From the NCBI GenBank assembly GCA_012813795.1, contig GCA_012813795.1_4087.1: 64,000 bases of DNA. The stretch is one strand, 5' to 3'. A program made the position numbers and the translations under genes. The notes below the pieces were generated by a model. The model was not told the origin of the DNA and made no database searches. It saw nothing but the letters and a program-made list of their open reading frames with translations. Shown in pieces: positions 37,224 to 47,804 of the stretch (positions within the stretch are counted from its first letter, which is position 1; each line of letters starts with the position of its first letter). The DNA comes from a phage.

Positions 37224-39743
37224 ATGGCAGAATTAAAATCAATTAGATTTAACAATAATGGTGTTGTAAACAGCACCATTTATAAAACCAGTACTATAAC
37301 GGTTACATATGACCCAGTTGATTGGTATGATCAAACTGGGAAATGGGTATATGATAGTACGTATATTAAAGTGTTGTATAGGAGTGGTGAGAAACTTATT
37401 TTCAAAACACTCAAAGAAGGAAACACAAATATATCATTTTCACCAACTAATTATGATTCTTTAAAACAAACGTGTACTGTTGATATTCATACCGATACAG
37501 TTCAAAGTATCTCATTGAATCCAACTGAAAACATGTTGAAGTATAGTTCTGAATTTGAAATCGATGTCACTTATAACCCACCAATTGGCACGGATCTTCC
37601 AACATGGACATATGATAAAAATGTTTTAACATATGATGCTGAAAAAAGTACAAGGGATAAAGCTTTCTTTAAAGTAAATTCTAGTGTTTTAAGTCCAGTA
37701 TCAGGTAAGATTACATGTACGTATGGTGTAGATTTATCAGCGGAAAGTTTTTATTACGTGTCCGAAAACCCCGCATCACGTGTAAAATTGTCTCCTGATA
37801 CATCAAACGTACTACTTGGTGATACGTTCTCAGTTAATATTTTATATGATCCACTTGGGTGTGATAAAACTGGTGTATGGAGTTACGATGATACATGTCT
37901 TGAATACAACGAATCACGCTCAACTTCTGATGTTGCATATTTTAAAGCAATTAAAACACCAGAAGGAAATAATGACACGTTAAAATTAACATATAAATGT
38001 GCATCATCCGTGTCCGATTCAACAACGTGTACAATATCATATGATCCATTGCAATCAGTTAAATTGACAACAATCCCAGCTTCATTGAATCCAGATGCAA
38101 TGATAAACGTAAAAGCTGGGGATGGGTTTAGTGTTAAGGTCACATATGTCCCAGACACCGCCAGACATGATGGTGTTTTGAATTTTAACCCACTATATTT
38201 CACCTATGAAAAAGACCAATCTGCACAAGACACTTTTTTAATCACACCAATTCTACCATCTATAGACACTGATGAACCTGTGCAGCCGATATCTTTTACT
38301 TCTAACGGGATTATATCAAATATACTCAATTTCACAATAGATTATTCTGACCTTGTTTCGGTATCTTTTGACCCACCAGAAGTTAATACAACCGCTGGTT
38401 CTGTATTTGGTGTAACTGTGATTTATAATCCAAGCACAGCTAAAAATGACGGTGAATGGAACATTGCTAATGTTCTGGATTATATTAAAAAAGGAACAAC
38501 AGTCGGTGATTCAACTTCATTCCAATCTTTGAAAGCCACAGTTGATAGTGATGGAAACCCATCAAGTATAGATATGGTTTACAAAAGTGGTTATATCAGT
38601 ACACCTATTAAATGTAACATTGATTATAGTGAGTTGAAATCTATTAATGTAAAATGTGATCCGTCATATCCACTGAATACTTCTCTTGGGATAATAGCAA
38701 CATATACACCAGACACCGCAAAACATGATGGTGTATGGACATGTTCATCAGATTTAATTCCAGGTGCATCTACTCCAGATCTTGGGTCATTCCGTACAGG
38801 TAAATTAGTAAATGCAAAAAGTGTAGTTACTGTAACATCTAAATCCAATAAAGATATTGGTGCATCATGTGGATTTACCTCAACTTATTCTAAGTTAAAA
38901 GGTATAACAGTAACACCACTTGGAACAACAACAGTTAAACCTGGTGATTCATTTGGTATACAAATATCGTATAATCCAAACACTGCACAGCATCTTGGTA
39001 TGTATAATTGGGATTTTAACCCTGATTATTTTGAATATAACTATGAGTTGTCAGAGCCAAACAAAGATATACAATATTTTAATGCTTTATTACCCACACC
39101 AGAAGAAGGTTCAGTACTAACATGTCTCCCACCTGAAGGGTCTGGTGCTACATCTGGTAAATGTGTAATAACCGTTAGTTATCCTCCAATCAAATCAGTG
39201 TCTATTGAACCACCTGAATCAACTCATAAATTTGGTGATGTGTTCAACCTTATCGTGAAATATGATCCAGATACAGCAAGAAAAATGGGTACATGGGAAT
39301 ATGATAAAGATCGAATAGCATTAGTTAATCCGGTAACCGACCTTAACGATCAAGCAACATTTTATGTTATCAATAACGGTATAGGTGGAGAAACGGATAT
39401 ATCATATTCATATTATCCAGGCGTAACTGCAACACATAAGTGTACTGTAGAATATGAAAACTTGGATACCCTAAGTTTAGTTCCTCCAAGAATCAAGAAA
39501 AAACCAGGTAATACTTTCTATATAAAAATCATATACACACCAGATGGTGCATTACATGATGGTACATGGACATACAATAAAACTGTATTTGAATATACAC
39601 AGGAAAGTACTAAAGATTTGGGAGTTTTTAAAATTTCCGACACTGCTCCTGAAGGTGCATACCAATTATCATATCAACCAAAAACTGCTGATCCAGATCA
39701 AACATTCCCACCTGTAATTTTACAATGCACTATTACAAAATAA
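37224..39743 (+). CDS. large Ig-like repeat protein 2
   Basis: 839 aa; about 9 repeat units of the same type; GGAGAAA RBS. Confidence 0.75.
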   Translation: MAELKSIRFNNNGVVNSTIYKTSTITVTYDPVDWYDQTGKWVYDSTYIKVLYRSGEKLIFKTLKEGNTNISFSPTNYDSLKQTCTVDIHTDTVQSISLNPTENMLKYSSEFEIDVTYNPPIGTDLPTWTYDKNVLTYDAEKSTRDKAFFKVNSSVLSPVSGKITCTYGVDLSAESFYYVSENPASRVKLSPDTSNVLLGDTFSVNILYDPLGCDKTGVWSYDDTCLEYNESRSTSDVAYFKAIKTPEGNNDTLKLTYKCASSVSDSTTCTISYDPLQSVKLTTIPASLNPDAMINVKAGDGFSVKVTYVPDTARHDGVLNFNPLYFTYEKDQSAQDTFLITPILPSIDTDEPVQPISFTSNGIISNILNFTIDYSDLVSVSFDPPEVNTTAGSVFGVTVIYNPSTAKNDGEWNIANVLDYIKKGTTVGDSTSFQSLKATVDSDGNPSSIDMVYKSGYISTPIKCNIDYSELKSINVKCDPSYPLNTSLGIIATYTPDTAKHDGVWTCSSDLIPGASTPDLGSFRTGKLVNAKSVVTVTSKSNKDIGASCGFTSTYSKLKGITVTPLGTTTVKPGDSFGIQISYNPNTAQHLGMYNWDFNPDYFEYNYELSEPNKDIQYFNALLPTPEEGSVLTCLPPEGSGATSGKCVITVSYPPIKSVSIEPPESTHKFGDVFNLIVKYDPDTARKMGTWEYDKDRIALVNPVTDLNDQATFYVINNGIGGETDISYSYYPGVTATHKCTVEYENLDTLSLVPPRIKKKPGNTFYIKIIYTPDGALHDGTWTYNKTVFEYTQESTKDLGVFKISDTAPEGAYQLSYQPKTADPDQTFPPVILQCTITK

Positions 39744-39770
39744 TAGACTGAAATTACTTTACAAAAAAAA

Positions 39771-39792
39771 TGTGGTTGAATATTCAACCACA
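39771..39792. repeat. perfect 22-bp palindrome
   Basis: TGTGGTTGAATATTCAACCACA preceded by A8, 20 nt upstream of the RBS of 39814. Confidence 0.7.
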
Positions 39793-39813
39793 TAATAAGA
39801 AGGAAACATAATT

Positions 39814-41439
39814 ATGATAGAAGATTCAAAAAATCTTATTTCAGTTAGTTTAAACAAAAGAACTATTAGAACTTCTGTTCGTGATGTTAACACATTATAT
39901 GTTAGTTTTAATCCACCTGACTATATTAATCAGGTTGGAACATGGACATATGATGAACAGTATATTGAAATGATCACACAAGATAATTTGGTTTTTGTTT
40001 TTAAATCTATAAAAAGTGGTGTAACCACCATAACATACACACCACGTGATAATAAAGCATTATCGAAGAATTGTATAGTTAATATTGAAAAAATACCATT
40101 ATCATCAATTAGTCTTAACCCAAATTATATAACTTTATACAAAGGTCAAACTTTTGATATTGATATATCATATATCCCAGATGGAGCAGTTCATTCGGGT
40201 AATTGGAGTAATTTAAACAATGATATATTGTATATAGGTCAACAAAGTACACCTGATAAATCAAGAATGCAAGTACTAACAACTGATGCTAAGATGATAA
40301 CTTTATATTATACCAGTGGCGAAATATCAGTTCCTTTGAATTGTACTATATTGAACAACCCAGCAGATGAAATTATTTTCGATCCACCATCACCAATTAA
40401 TGTAACAGTTGGTGAGAGTTTTTTTGTAAACATAAACTATGCACCAGAAAATGCGGATAAGGTTGGATTCTGGGAATATGATGATTCAGTACTGATGTTA
40501 TTGAATGATAGTGATAAGGCATCCAGTGCACATTTTGTGGCTACCAAAAAAACCACATCAACTGGAACTGAACTTAAATTCCGTTCAGGTGATGTGTACT
40601 CAACGTTACAGTGCTTTATAACTCCTGGTGTTTTAGATTTATTAACATTAACACCTAGTTATGAAACGGTGGTTGTTGGTGACGCGTTTGACATTGGAAT
40701 AACCTATTACCCAGAAGACATAATTCACAAAGGTATATGGGAATATGATTCTACATATTTCAAAAAAATGTTCGATGACTCAAATACTGCAACATTTAGA
40801 TTAATCAAAAAATCCGACATACCATTAAAATTAAGATATATCTCTTATGGGAGAGCATTTAATAATATATGCACTACTGTTGAAAATGGTGATTTAGTTT
40901 CATTACAATTAAACCCTAATTCCGAATCAGTTGAGGTTGGTAAAAGTTTTGATATCGCAATAACATATAAACCTGATAATGCTTTACATAGTGGTATATG
41001 GGATTTCGATTCGGAATATATTAAATTGGAAAAATCAAGTACAGTGGATAAAGCAACATTTACAGTACTGAAATATAATCCAAATCCATTAACATTAACT
41101 TATAAATCAGGTAAAACAACTGCAACAAACAAATGTATTACTGTAAAAAATACACCAGTATTAAGTAGTATTAAAGTATCCCCAGAATCAACTGAAATGA
41201 AAGTTGGTGATACAGTATTATTATCAATTTCATACAACCCTAATACAGTAGAGCATATGGGAATGTGGTATTATGATAAAAAACTATTCAAATTAATAGA
41301 CACAGGTCAAACACATGACTATGGTATATTTGAATGCTTGGCGGTGTCAGACGCAAAATCACCAATAGTATTTTCAAGTGCTGGAAATGCTGATGCTTGT
41401 ATTGTCACAACTAAAGAAAAAACAACTAAAGAGGATTAA
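39814..41439 (+). CDS. large Ig-like repeat protein 3
   Basis: 541 aa; about 6 repeat units; AAGGAAA RBS. Confidence 0.75.
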   Translation: MIEDSKNLISVSLNKRTIRTSVRDVNTLYVSFNPPDYINQVGTWTYDEQYIEMITQDNLVFVFKSIKSGVTTITYTPRDNKALSKNCIVNIEKIPLSSISLNPNYITLYKGQTFDIDISYIPDGAVHSGNWSNLNNDILYIGQQSTPDKSRMQVLTTDAKMITLYYTSGEISVPLNCTILNNPADEIIFDPPSPINVTVGESFFVNINYAPENADKVGFWEYDDSVLMLLNDSDKASSAHFVATKKTTSTGTELKFRSGDVYSTLQCFITPGVLDLLTLTPSYETVVVGDAFDIGITYYPEDIIHKGIWEYDSTYFKKMFDDSNTATFRLIKKSDIPLKLRYISYGRAFNNICTTVENGDLVSLQLNPNSESVEVGKSFDIAITYKPDNALHSGIWDFDSEYIKLEKSSTVDKATFTVLKYNPNPLTLTYKSGKTTATNKCITVKNTPVLSSIKVSPESTEMKVGDTVLLSISYNPNTVEHMGMWYYDKKLFKLIDTGQTHDYGIFECLAVSDAKSPIVFSSAGNADACIVTTKEKTTKED

Positions 41440-41442
41440 ATC

Positions 41443-43644
41443 ATGTCAAAAGATGATCAATTAACATCTGTTACCCTACAACCAGAATCAGTAACACTGA
41501 ATGTGGGTGACAATAAAATTGTATATGCAGTTTATACACCAAATACATATACACCAAAAAAAGGTAAATGGATATATGATGCAAATATTGTATCTGTTAC
41601 ACATGAAGAAGATACCTTTATGCAATTCATTGCAGTAAAACCTTCTGAAACTGAAATAACGTACATTCCATTGGGTGCACCTGAATTTGCTTGTAGTACA
41701 GTTGTTACAATTAAAGGTACTGATCCAACAGATGATTTGGTATTAGATCCAGAAAACGAAACAGTTCAGGTCAATACTGATTTTTATATTAATGTAAAAT
41801 ATAATCAAGCAGATGGTATCCCAACATGGAAATATGACCAATCTGTAGTTAAATATATGCCTGATAGTACACCTAGTAAAGCACACTTTAAAGCACTAAA
41901 AACTACTGCGAATAGTATTCCTTTGGTTTGTGAATGCGGAAATAACACTAAAATGAATTTATGTACAGTTGTTGATACTGCGGCCACCATATCATTGAAT
42001 CCACAACACGTAACTAAACAAGTTGGTGACGACTATTATGTTGATATTTTTTACTCCAAAAAAGTTCAAGATCCAGTAGTTACATGGGACGGTACTGATG
42101 AGTTTTTAGAATTACAACCTGATAGCAACCCATACCGTGCTCATTTCAAAGTTGTAAAATATTCTGAAGATCTTGTTTCAAGAAGAATTACAACTTCAAT
42201 GGGTAAAAGTGCCACACATACCTGTGTTACACGTTATAGTGATTTGAAAAACATTTTCATTGATTATCCAAGTAAAAATTTAATGGTTGGTGACCAATTT
42301 AAATTAACAGCGTTGTATTATCCAGATACGGCAAATCATGATGCTAAATGGTCGTTTGATTCTGGTAATTTTATTATTGATAGTAGTAGAACCACGCCAA
42401 ATGAAGCATACTTCACTGCACTAAAAGCAACATCAGGGGCAGACTTCAAGAGTATTACATTGAGTAGTGGTACATTTAAAGATGAATGTAAATGTATAAT
42501 TAATGAATCCTCATACTCAGAAGAAGATAATGTGCCAGTACTAAATCAACGTGCAAGTGGGGATTTGGATAGTGTTGTAGTAACTCCATTAACAATTGCA
42601 TCCAGAGTTGGGCAGCCTAAAATTATATCTGCGGTTTTCGAACCAAGAGATTATAGTGATAAATCAGGAACTTGGATGTATGATCCACAAACACTTGACG
42701 TATTGTCTGAACAAGATAACTATATAATCATAAAACCGAACCATATTAGTAATACATTTGTTGAATTTGTTTCCAATGATAAACCTTCATTTAGTTCTAA
42801 TTGTTCCATCGTGGTTTCAAGTGATGGTTTTGTAATTTCACCAACACACCAACATGTAAAATTAACTGAAGATTTTTATATTGATGTTTTATTCGATGAA
42901 TCGAAAGGTAAACCAGTATGGAGATACGATACTAATTACATAAAAATGTTGGATGACAGTACTGATACCAAACCACATTTTCAAGCATTTAATATGACAA
43001 GTGAGGATGAATTAATAACCAAATTAGTATGTTCGTATGACAATATGGAACAAATATTCACTTGTTATATTGATAAAAATACTAACCCAATATCATGTCA
43101 CCCATCAAAATCATTACAATTTATGTCATCTGATTTTTGGATAAATGTTGCATATGATAAAGAAAATACAAAATCTTCTTTATTGGATGTCGATTTTATT
43201 ACATGGGATGATGATAATGAATACGTTGAACTACAACCTGACAGTACCTCTTTCGTAGCCCATTTCAAAGTTGTGAAATATAAAAATGGTCAAATTACAA
43301 GAACAGCAACCTCCAAATCTGGACATACCGCCACATTTGCCATATCATTATATTCACCATATACTTACATCGATATGACACCACAATTTGAAACTTATTC
43401 TATGAATAGTATTATAGTTTTGAGCATAAATTACGGAGGTAGTCCATATACACCTGAATACAAAAAATTCAATGACATGTTAAATTATGATTCTAGATTT
43501 CTGCAATTGGAGGATGATAGTACTGGCGATAAACTATACTTCACTCCTTTATCTCCAACAGGAAATAACTTTACAACTGTTATATTTTCCGACGATAACA
43601 CACGTTTGATGTCTGCAAAAAGTTGCATTACAATTAAAAAATAA
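41443..43644 (+). CDS. large Ig-like repeat protein 4
   Basis: 733 aa; about 8 repeat units; starts 3 nt after the stop of protein 3. Confidence 0.75.
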   Translation: MSKDDQLTSVTLQPESVTLNVGDNKIVYAVYTPNTYTPKKGKWIYDANIVSVTHEEDTFMQFIAVKPSETEITYIPLGAPEFACSTVVTIKGTDPTDDLVLDPENETVQVNTDFYINVKYNQADGIPTWKYDQSVVKYMPDSTPSKAHFKALKTTANSIPLVCECGNNTKMNLCTVVDTAATISLNPQHVTKQVGDDYYVDIFYSKKVQDPVVTWDGTDEFLELQPDSNPYRAHFKVVKYSEDLVSRRITTSMGKSATHTCVTRYSDLKNIFIDYPSKNLMVGDQFKLTALYYPDTANHDAKWSFDSGNFIIDSSRTTPNEAYFTALKATSGADFKSITLSSGTFKDECKCIINESSYSEEDNVPVLNQRASGDLDSVVVTPLTIASRVGQPKIISAVFEPRDYSDKSGTWMYDPQTLDVLSEQDNYIIIKPNHISNTFVEFVSNDKPSFSSNCSIVVSSDGFVISPTHQHVKLTEDFYIDVLFDESKGKPVWRYDTNYIKMLDDSTDTKPHFQAFNMTSEDELITKLVCSYDNMEQIFTCYIDKNTNPISCHPSKSLQFMSSDFWINVAYDKENTKSSLLDVDFITWDDDNEYVELQPDSTSFVAHFKVVKYKNGQITRTATSKSGHTATFAISLYSPYTYIDMTPQFETYSMNSIIVLSINYGGSPYTPEYKKFNDMLNYDSRFLQLEDDSTGDKLYFTPLSPTGNNFTTVIFSDDNTRLMSAKSCITIKK

Positions 43645-43664
43645 TTATTATATTAAATAATTTA

Positions 43665-43684
43665 AAGGAGCCATAAGGCTCCTT
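43665..43684 (+). terminator. intrinsic terminator closing the plus-strand cassette
   Basis: Stem AAGGAGCC/GGCTCCTT with 4-nt loop followed by TTTCTTTT; sits between convergent genes. Confidence 0.55.
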
Positions 43685-43689
43685 TTCTT

Positions 43690-43992
43690 TTATAGTTCAA
43701 TATTACCAGATAACACACTGTAATCTTTATTCATAAGTTCACAAACATATGATACAGTTGAAACATCTTTGTAATAAATTGTTAACCCAAAACGACCACG
43801 GATACGTTCTTCTTTTTCTTGATACATGAATGTTCGTACAACGTAGTACTTATTATTCTTTGGTTCATAACGTGCTTCGTACCCTTTAACTTTGTAAGCA
43901 CTAGTAGAAGTACAAATAATCAATGACACAATAACCCACACGATTATAAAGAATGCCATTAGTCCAAGAAAAACAAAAGCTTGAATCATCAT
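43690..43992 (-). CDS. membrane-anchored hypothetical protein
   Basis: 100 aa; N-terminal TM (FVFLGLMAFFIIVWVIVSLII). Confidence 0.5.
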   Translation of the reverse strand: MMIQAFVFLGLMAFFIIVWVIVSLIICTSTSAYKVKGYEARYEPKNNKYYVVRTFMYQEKEERIRGRFGLTIYYKDVSTVSYVCELMNKDYSVLSGNIEL

Positions 43993-44468
43993 TTTAATCC
44001 CATGTCAAATATACAGTTAACTTCAATCCCAGCATCTTCCAGTACTTTAATAGCTTCTAGTGGAGTGCGAGGATACGATTTTTCGTAAATTACACGAGAA
44101 ATACCACTACCAGCGATTAACTTAGAACAAGTATAGCACGGTTGGAGTGTGGTGTAAAGTGTTGCACCCTGACGTTCTTGTGGTGAACTATATAGTAATG
44201 CATTCATTTCCGCATGGATCTCATGAATGTTGCTCCACTCGTGATGTAAGTGTTTTGCATCTTCATCAATCCAATTTTGAAATTGACCATTGTTTACGAG
44301 ATGTTTATTAACATCACAACAGTTAGGTTGCTTTGATGGTGTACCGTTATATCCAGTACTCAATACTCGGTTATTCTTTACAATAACACAACCTACTTTC
44401 TGGGAAAGACACTTACTTTCCTCAGCAACGACACTGGCTATCTTCAACCACGTTGTATGTTTCATCAT
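43989..44468 (-). CDS. cd: dCMP deaminase
   Basis: 159 aa; N-terminus WLKIASVVAEESKC parallels T4 Cd; zinc motifs HAEMNAL and PCYTCSK. Confidence 0.85.
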   Translation of the reverse strand: MMKHTTWLKIASVVAEESKCLSQKVGCVIVKNNRVLSTGYNGTPSKQPNCCDVNKHLVNNGQFQNWIDEDAKHLHHEWSNIHEIHAEMNALLYSSPQERQGATLYTTLQPCYTCSKLIAGSGISRVIYEKSYPRTPLEAIKVLEDAGIEVNCIFDMGLK

Positions 44469-44943
44469 ATGTCCCTAAATTGGTTAATAGTTCTTTACAG
44501 ATCTGATGCGTACGTAAAATACGCATATAGTCTACTATATCTTTCTGGGTAATGTCAAATGGTTTTGAGCTATAAACATTCCAGCAACGAACGATTTCCA
44601 GAATGAAATCCACTTCCTTATTCATAATCTTATCAACTGCCACGATAACATCTTTTTCGTTTTGTTCTAATGTACGACCAGTATCTGAAAAAATCCCACC
44701 TAATGTGAACATCGCCCCACTATACAACCCAATAAAAATATCAGATGGTTTGTACATATTATACATAGTAAGTGCATAAATTTTCATGAAGATATTACGG
44801 TGAAAGTGTTTGTATGTTTTTTCTTTAGCTTCGTCTGATACACGGTCAGCTTCCGAAATACATTGTCGCACAAGTTCCAACGTATTGTTTACGTTCTTTA
44901 GCCAAATATCAGTATCTTCTTGTGATAATTGATTATAGTTCAT
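44422..44943 (-). CDS. hypothetical protein
   Basis: 173-aa track ORF; 3' end overlaps the cd start by 47 nt in another frame. Confidence 0.5.
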   Translation of the reverse strand: MNYNQLSQEDTDIWLKNVNNTLELVRQCISEADRVSDEAKEKTYKHFHRNIFMKIYALTMYNMYKPSDIFIGLYSGAMFTLGGIFSDTGRTLEQNEKDVIVAVDKIMNKEVDFILEIVRCWNVYSSKPFDITQKDIVDYMRILRTHQICKELLTNLGTYDETYNVVEDSQCRC

Positions 44944-44944
44944 A

Positions 44945-45454
44945 TCACTCCTTTAATTTTAAAGATTCAACCATCTCTTCACACATTTTCATGTGATGAT
45001 ATTGTTTTTCATCTAAAGTATATGGGATATTACGACTTTGTAAATCCATACTAATATCATAATTTCTATACATAAATGACGAGTGCTTAATCATAAATGT
45101 TACAGCTTCCCAAACTTTACCCGATTCTTCATATATTTCCTTAGTATTGATTGATGTTAATTTTCTAATTTTTTTAATATCCATACCAACAATTGTTGAA
45201 TTGAAATCAAGTCCAATGTAATTAAAATTCATACAATTATATCTTAATACTAGTCCATCTCCCTCAGTTATAGTAGTAAGAAACCACTGGTAATCATTAA
45301 TTTTATGATACCATTTTCTTGTATTCAAATAATTATCGTACCATTTCTTGGTTATTTCTATTGCTTCAGTACTGATATTTTTTGCGTACTCATTTATTAA
45401 AAACATATTTTTTGAGAACTCAATACTGCTTTCTTTAGTGATTTTAAAGATCAT
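44945..45454 (-). CDS. hypothetical protein
   Basis: 169-aa track ORF. Confidence 0.5.
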   Translation of the reverse strand: MIFKITKESSIEFSKNMFLINEYAKNISTEAIEITKKWYDNYLNTRKWYHKINDYQWFLTTITEGDGLVLRYNCMNFNYIGLDFNSTIVGMDIKKIRKLTSINTKEIYEESGKVWEAVTFMIKHSSFMYRNYDISMDLQSRNIPYTLDEKQYHHMKMCEEMVESLKLKE

Positions 45455-45807
45455 TAAAGTATTACCTCCTTCCTAGTGTTACTTGCGTCGCACCAATAAA
45501 AGACGTGCCAGTCAGGAAACTCCTTCTTTATTTGTACTGCACAAGCTTGACTTAATATATGTGATGCTTGTTGGATCATAAACATCCCAGGTGCTTCCAC
45601 ATTTATCATATCCGATGGTGACAGATATGAACTCCAATTGGATGCCTCCCAAATTTGCTGGTAAACATACAAGCTATGCATTAAACCTGCACTAAAAAGT
45701 TTTTTGTATCCATCAAGATCATCATTAATCCAATAGTCTCCTGTTTTAGAAGTCCATATAGGATCAGATGAATAATCCATATCAACAGAAATGTAAACTT
45801 TACTCAT
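45454..45807 (-). CDS. hypothetical protein
   Basis: 117-aa track ORF. Confidence 0.5.
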   Translation of the reverse strand: MSKVYISVDMDYSSDPIWTSKTGDYWINDDLDGYKKLFSAGLMHSLYVYQQIWEASNWSSYLSPSDMINVEAPGMFMIQQASHILSQACAVQIKKEFPDWHVFYWCDASNTRKEVIL

Positions 45808-45855
45808 ATAATTTACCTATGCGAAAAGGGAGTACAATGACTCCCATTTATTTAA

Positions 45856-46302
45856 TCACTTTTCGGTCGGTGTATAGTTATATTGTTGACAATCTTCAAC
45901 AGTTAATACACCTTCATCGTAGCCGTACTGAAGTACAATATCAAATGCTTCATCTACCATAGTAACAACATCACGATAACGGACAATAGTATGTGCACGT
46001 TTTTCAACAGCTTTCATGATACCCATTAGCAGCCATTTACCTTCGTCGGTATGTAGTTTTGCAAAACGTGGTCGTTTAGTTGCTGCCATAATATCAGTCC
46101 AATCAGCCTTAAACACTTCAGGACGTTTAGGAATATCAAACAATGTAGTTGGGAAGGTTACATTGTTTTTCTTCATTGCGTCAGCTTGTGCAGCACGATA
46201 GCCTTGACGGAAAATTGGATGCTGCATTTTAAGTTGTTCTGGTGACAATACTAGTTTATTTTTAAACGCATCATAACCATCTTTGTATTGTTCATTAGCC
46301 AT
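45856..46302 (-). CDS. hypothetical protein
   Basis: Track ORF 45856..46395 trimmed to the ATG (MANEQYK) with AAGGAA RBS just after the upstream stop. Confidence 0.5.
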   Translation of the reverse strand: MANEQYKDGYDAFKNKLVLSPEQLKMQHPIFRQGYRAAQADAMKKNNVTFPTTLFDIPKRPEVFKADWTDIMAATKRPRFAKLHTDEGKWLLMGIMKAVEKRAHTIVRYRDVVTMVDEAFDIVLQYGYDEGVLTVEDCQQYNYTPTEK

Positions 46303-46306
46303 TGTA

Positions 46307-46600
46307 TTATTCCTTATCTTCTGTGCTGACAGCTTTTTTCTCGTTGAATGAACCGTGTTCGGCTCGCAAATTTGCAGCATATTGCACTGCATCAATTGGT
46401 TTAATATTGTTCTTCATAAGAACTTCTTGCATCAATTCAAGAATTTCAGCCATACCAACCAGTAGGTCTTCTGATTCTTTAATGTCTTTTAGTGCTAACG
46501 CTTGAGTACTGATCTGCTCTAGTGCAGTACTGATGAATTCCGAATCATCAAGAATTTCAACTTCTTCAGTGCTAGAGTTTCGTACAAGTTTCTTTGACAT
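46307..46600 (-). CDS. hypothetical protein
   Basis: 97-aa track ORF, acidic. Confidence 0.5.
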   Translation of the reverse strand: MSKKLVRNSSTEEVEILDDSEFISTALEQISTQALALKDIKESEDLLVGMAEILELMQEVLMKNNIKPIDAVQYAANLRAEHGSFNEKKAVSTEDKE

Positions 46601-46664
46601 TTTAACTCCTTAGAAAATGCCCCACATAGTGAGGCATAATATATTTTAAGTTTTTAGTACTGAA

Positions 46665-47360
46665 TTATACCCACTCTTCCACGCCACCGCGACGTTTAAC
46701 TAGGTATTGACCTTTTTCATTACGTGGACCAAGGATAATACCATCGATAAATCCAAGTTCACCATACTCAAGTGCTTCATCTGCACTCAACCACAAATCG
46801 CGGTCCGCATCTTCTAGTAGTTTTTCATGAGAAACACCTACAGCTTCAGCGATTTCTTTCGTCAGCAATGTGTTCAATGCATCAGAGTGTTTTAGTGCAA
46901 TTTTCTGATCAGTGATCAGACCTTGTGTACCAGAACTTACTTGGTGACACATAAAGTACGAGCGTTTACCACCAAGACGATAACCTTTAGTACCAACTAC
47001 TGATTGTGTGTAGCAACCCATTGATGCTGCATAACCCATCACTACTGTGCGGATTGGTGATACACAAGATTTAGCAATATCAGAAATACCCAAACCTGCA
47101 TGAACACTACCACCCGGCGAGGAAATATAAAGAGTAATTGGTTCAGAACCTTGAGAATCCAACCACACCAATTGTTGCTTGATGATATGTGCCATTTGGT
47201 CGTTGAAATCAGTATCAAGGAAAATGATACGGTCTTGCATCATACGAGATGCTAGATCATAAGTACGTTCGTTGCCATTAACTTTTTCAACTACATATGG
47301 AATTGAAATGTTAGTTGTTTCACCATTCGCATAACCACCAAACATAAATTGTTGAGTCAT
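46665..47360 (-). CDS. clpP: ATP-dependent Clp protease proteolytic subunit ClpP
   Basis: 231 aa; collinear with ClpP: RIIFL, ITLYISSPGGSV, catalytic-Ser context AASMG, His context FMCHQ. Confidence 0.85.
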   Translation of the reverse strand: MTQQFMFGGYANGETTNISIPYVVEKVNGNERTYDLASRMMQDRIIFLDTDFNDQMAHIIKQQLVWLDSQGSEPITLYISSPGGSVHAGLGISDIAKSCVSPIRTVVMGYAASMGCYTQSVVGTKGYRLGGKRSYFMCHQVSSGTQGLITDQKIALKHSDALNTLLTKEIAEAVGVSHEKLLEDADRDLWLSADEALEYGELGFIDGIILGPRNEKGQYLVKRRGGVEEWV

Positions 47361-47420
47361 TGTATATTTTCCTCTATTGTTTCATTGATGTGAGTATTAT
47401 ATCACAGTGTTCTTATTTGT

Positions 47421-47804
47421 CTACAATTTTCTTGTAAAATCTAGTAAACCGTAAATTGTTTCTTTGTTGTACAGAGTTGGGTCTATCTTCAGTAACCTAA
47501 CCATACCTGTATCATACACAGAAGTGTTGGTAATGTCAAACAAAGAATGTGTATAAAATCGGTCAGTACTGACATAAATGAAGAATTCGTTCGATTTATC
47601 TAAATCTTCAAAGAAAACTGCATCATAGTATTCAGCATTGCCATCAATATACACTTCAACTGAATCATCATCAAGCCAGTAGTGAGAGATTTCAGTACTG
47701 TTCTGTTGTAACTTTGTTTCACCTCTCGTGTGGTGTAAGTTTGCATTTAACACGTACTTGATTTCGTTATTATATACGATTGTGTACACAGTAATAAGTT
47801 TCAT
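47421..47804 (-). CDS. hypothetical protein
   Basis: 127-aa track ORF. Confidence 0.5.
   Translation of the reverse strand: MKLITVYTIVYNNEIKYVLNANLHHTRGETKLQQNSTEISHYWLDDDSVEVYIDGNAEYYDAVFFEDLDKSNEFFIYVSTDRFYTHSLFDITNTSVYDTGMVRLLKIDPTLYNKETIYGLLDFTRKL

Noticed and set aside
34288-39120. Short ORFs within or antisense to the Ig-like genes (34288..34485, 34397..34600, 35426..35611, 36056..36310, 37031..37279, 37883..38203, 38624..38848, 38920..39120)
   Set aside because: They are embedded in long plus-strand genes with strong repeat-domain structure.
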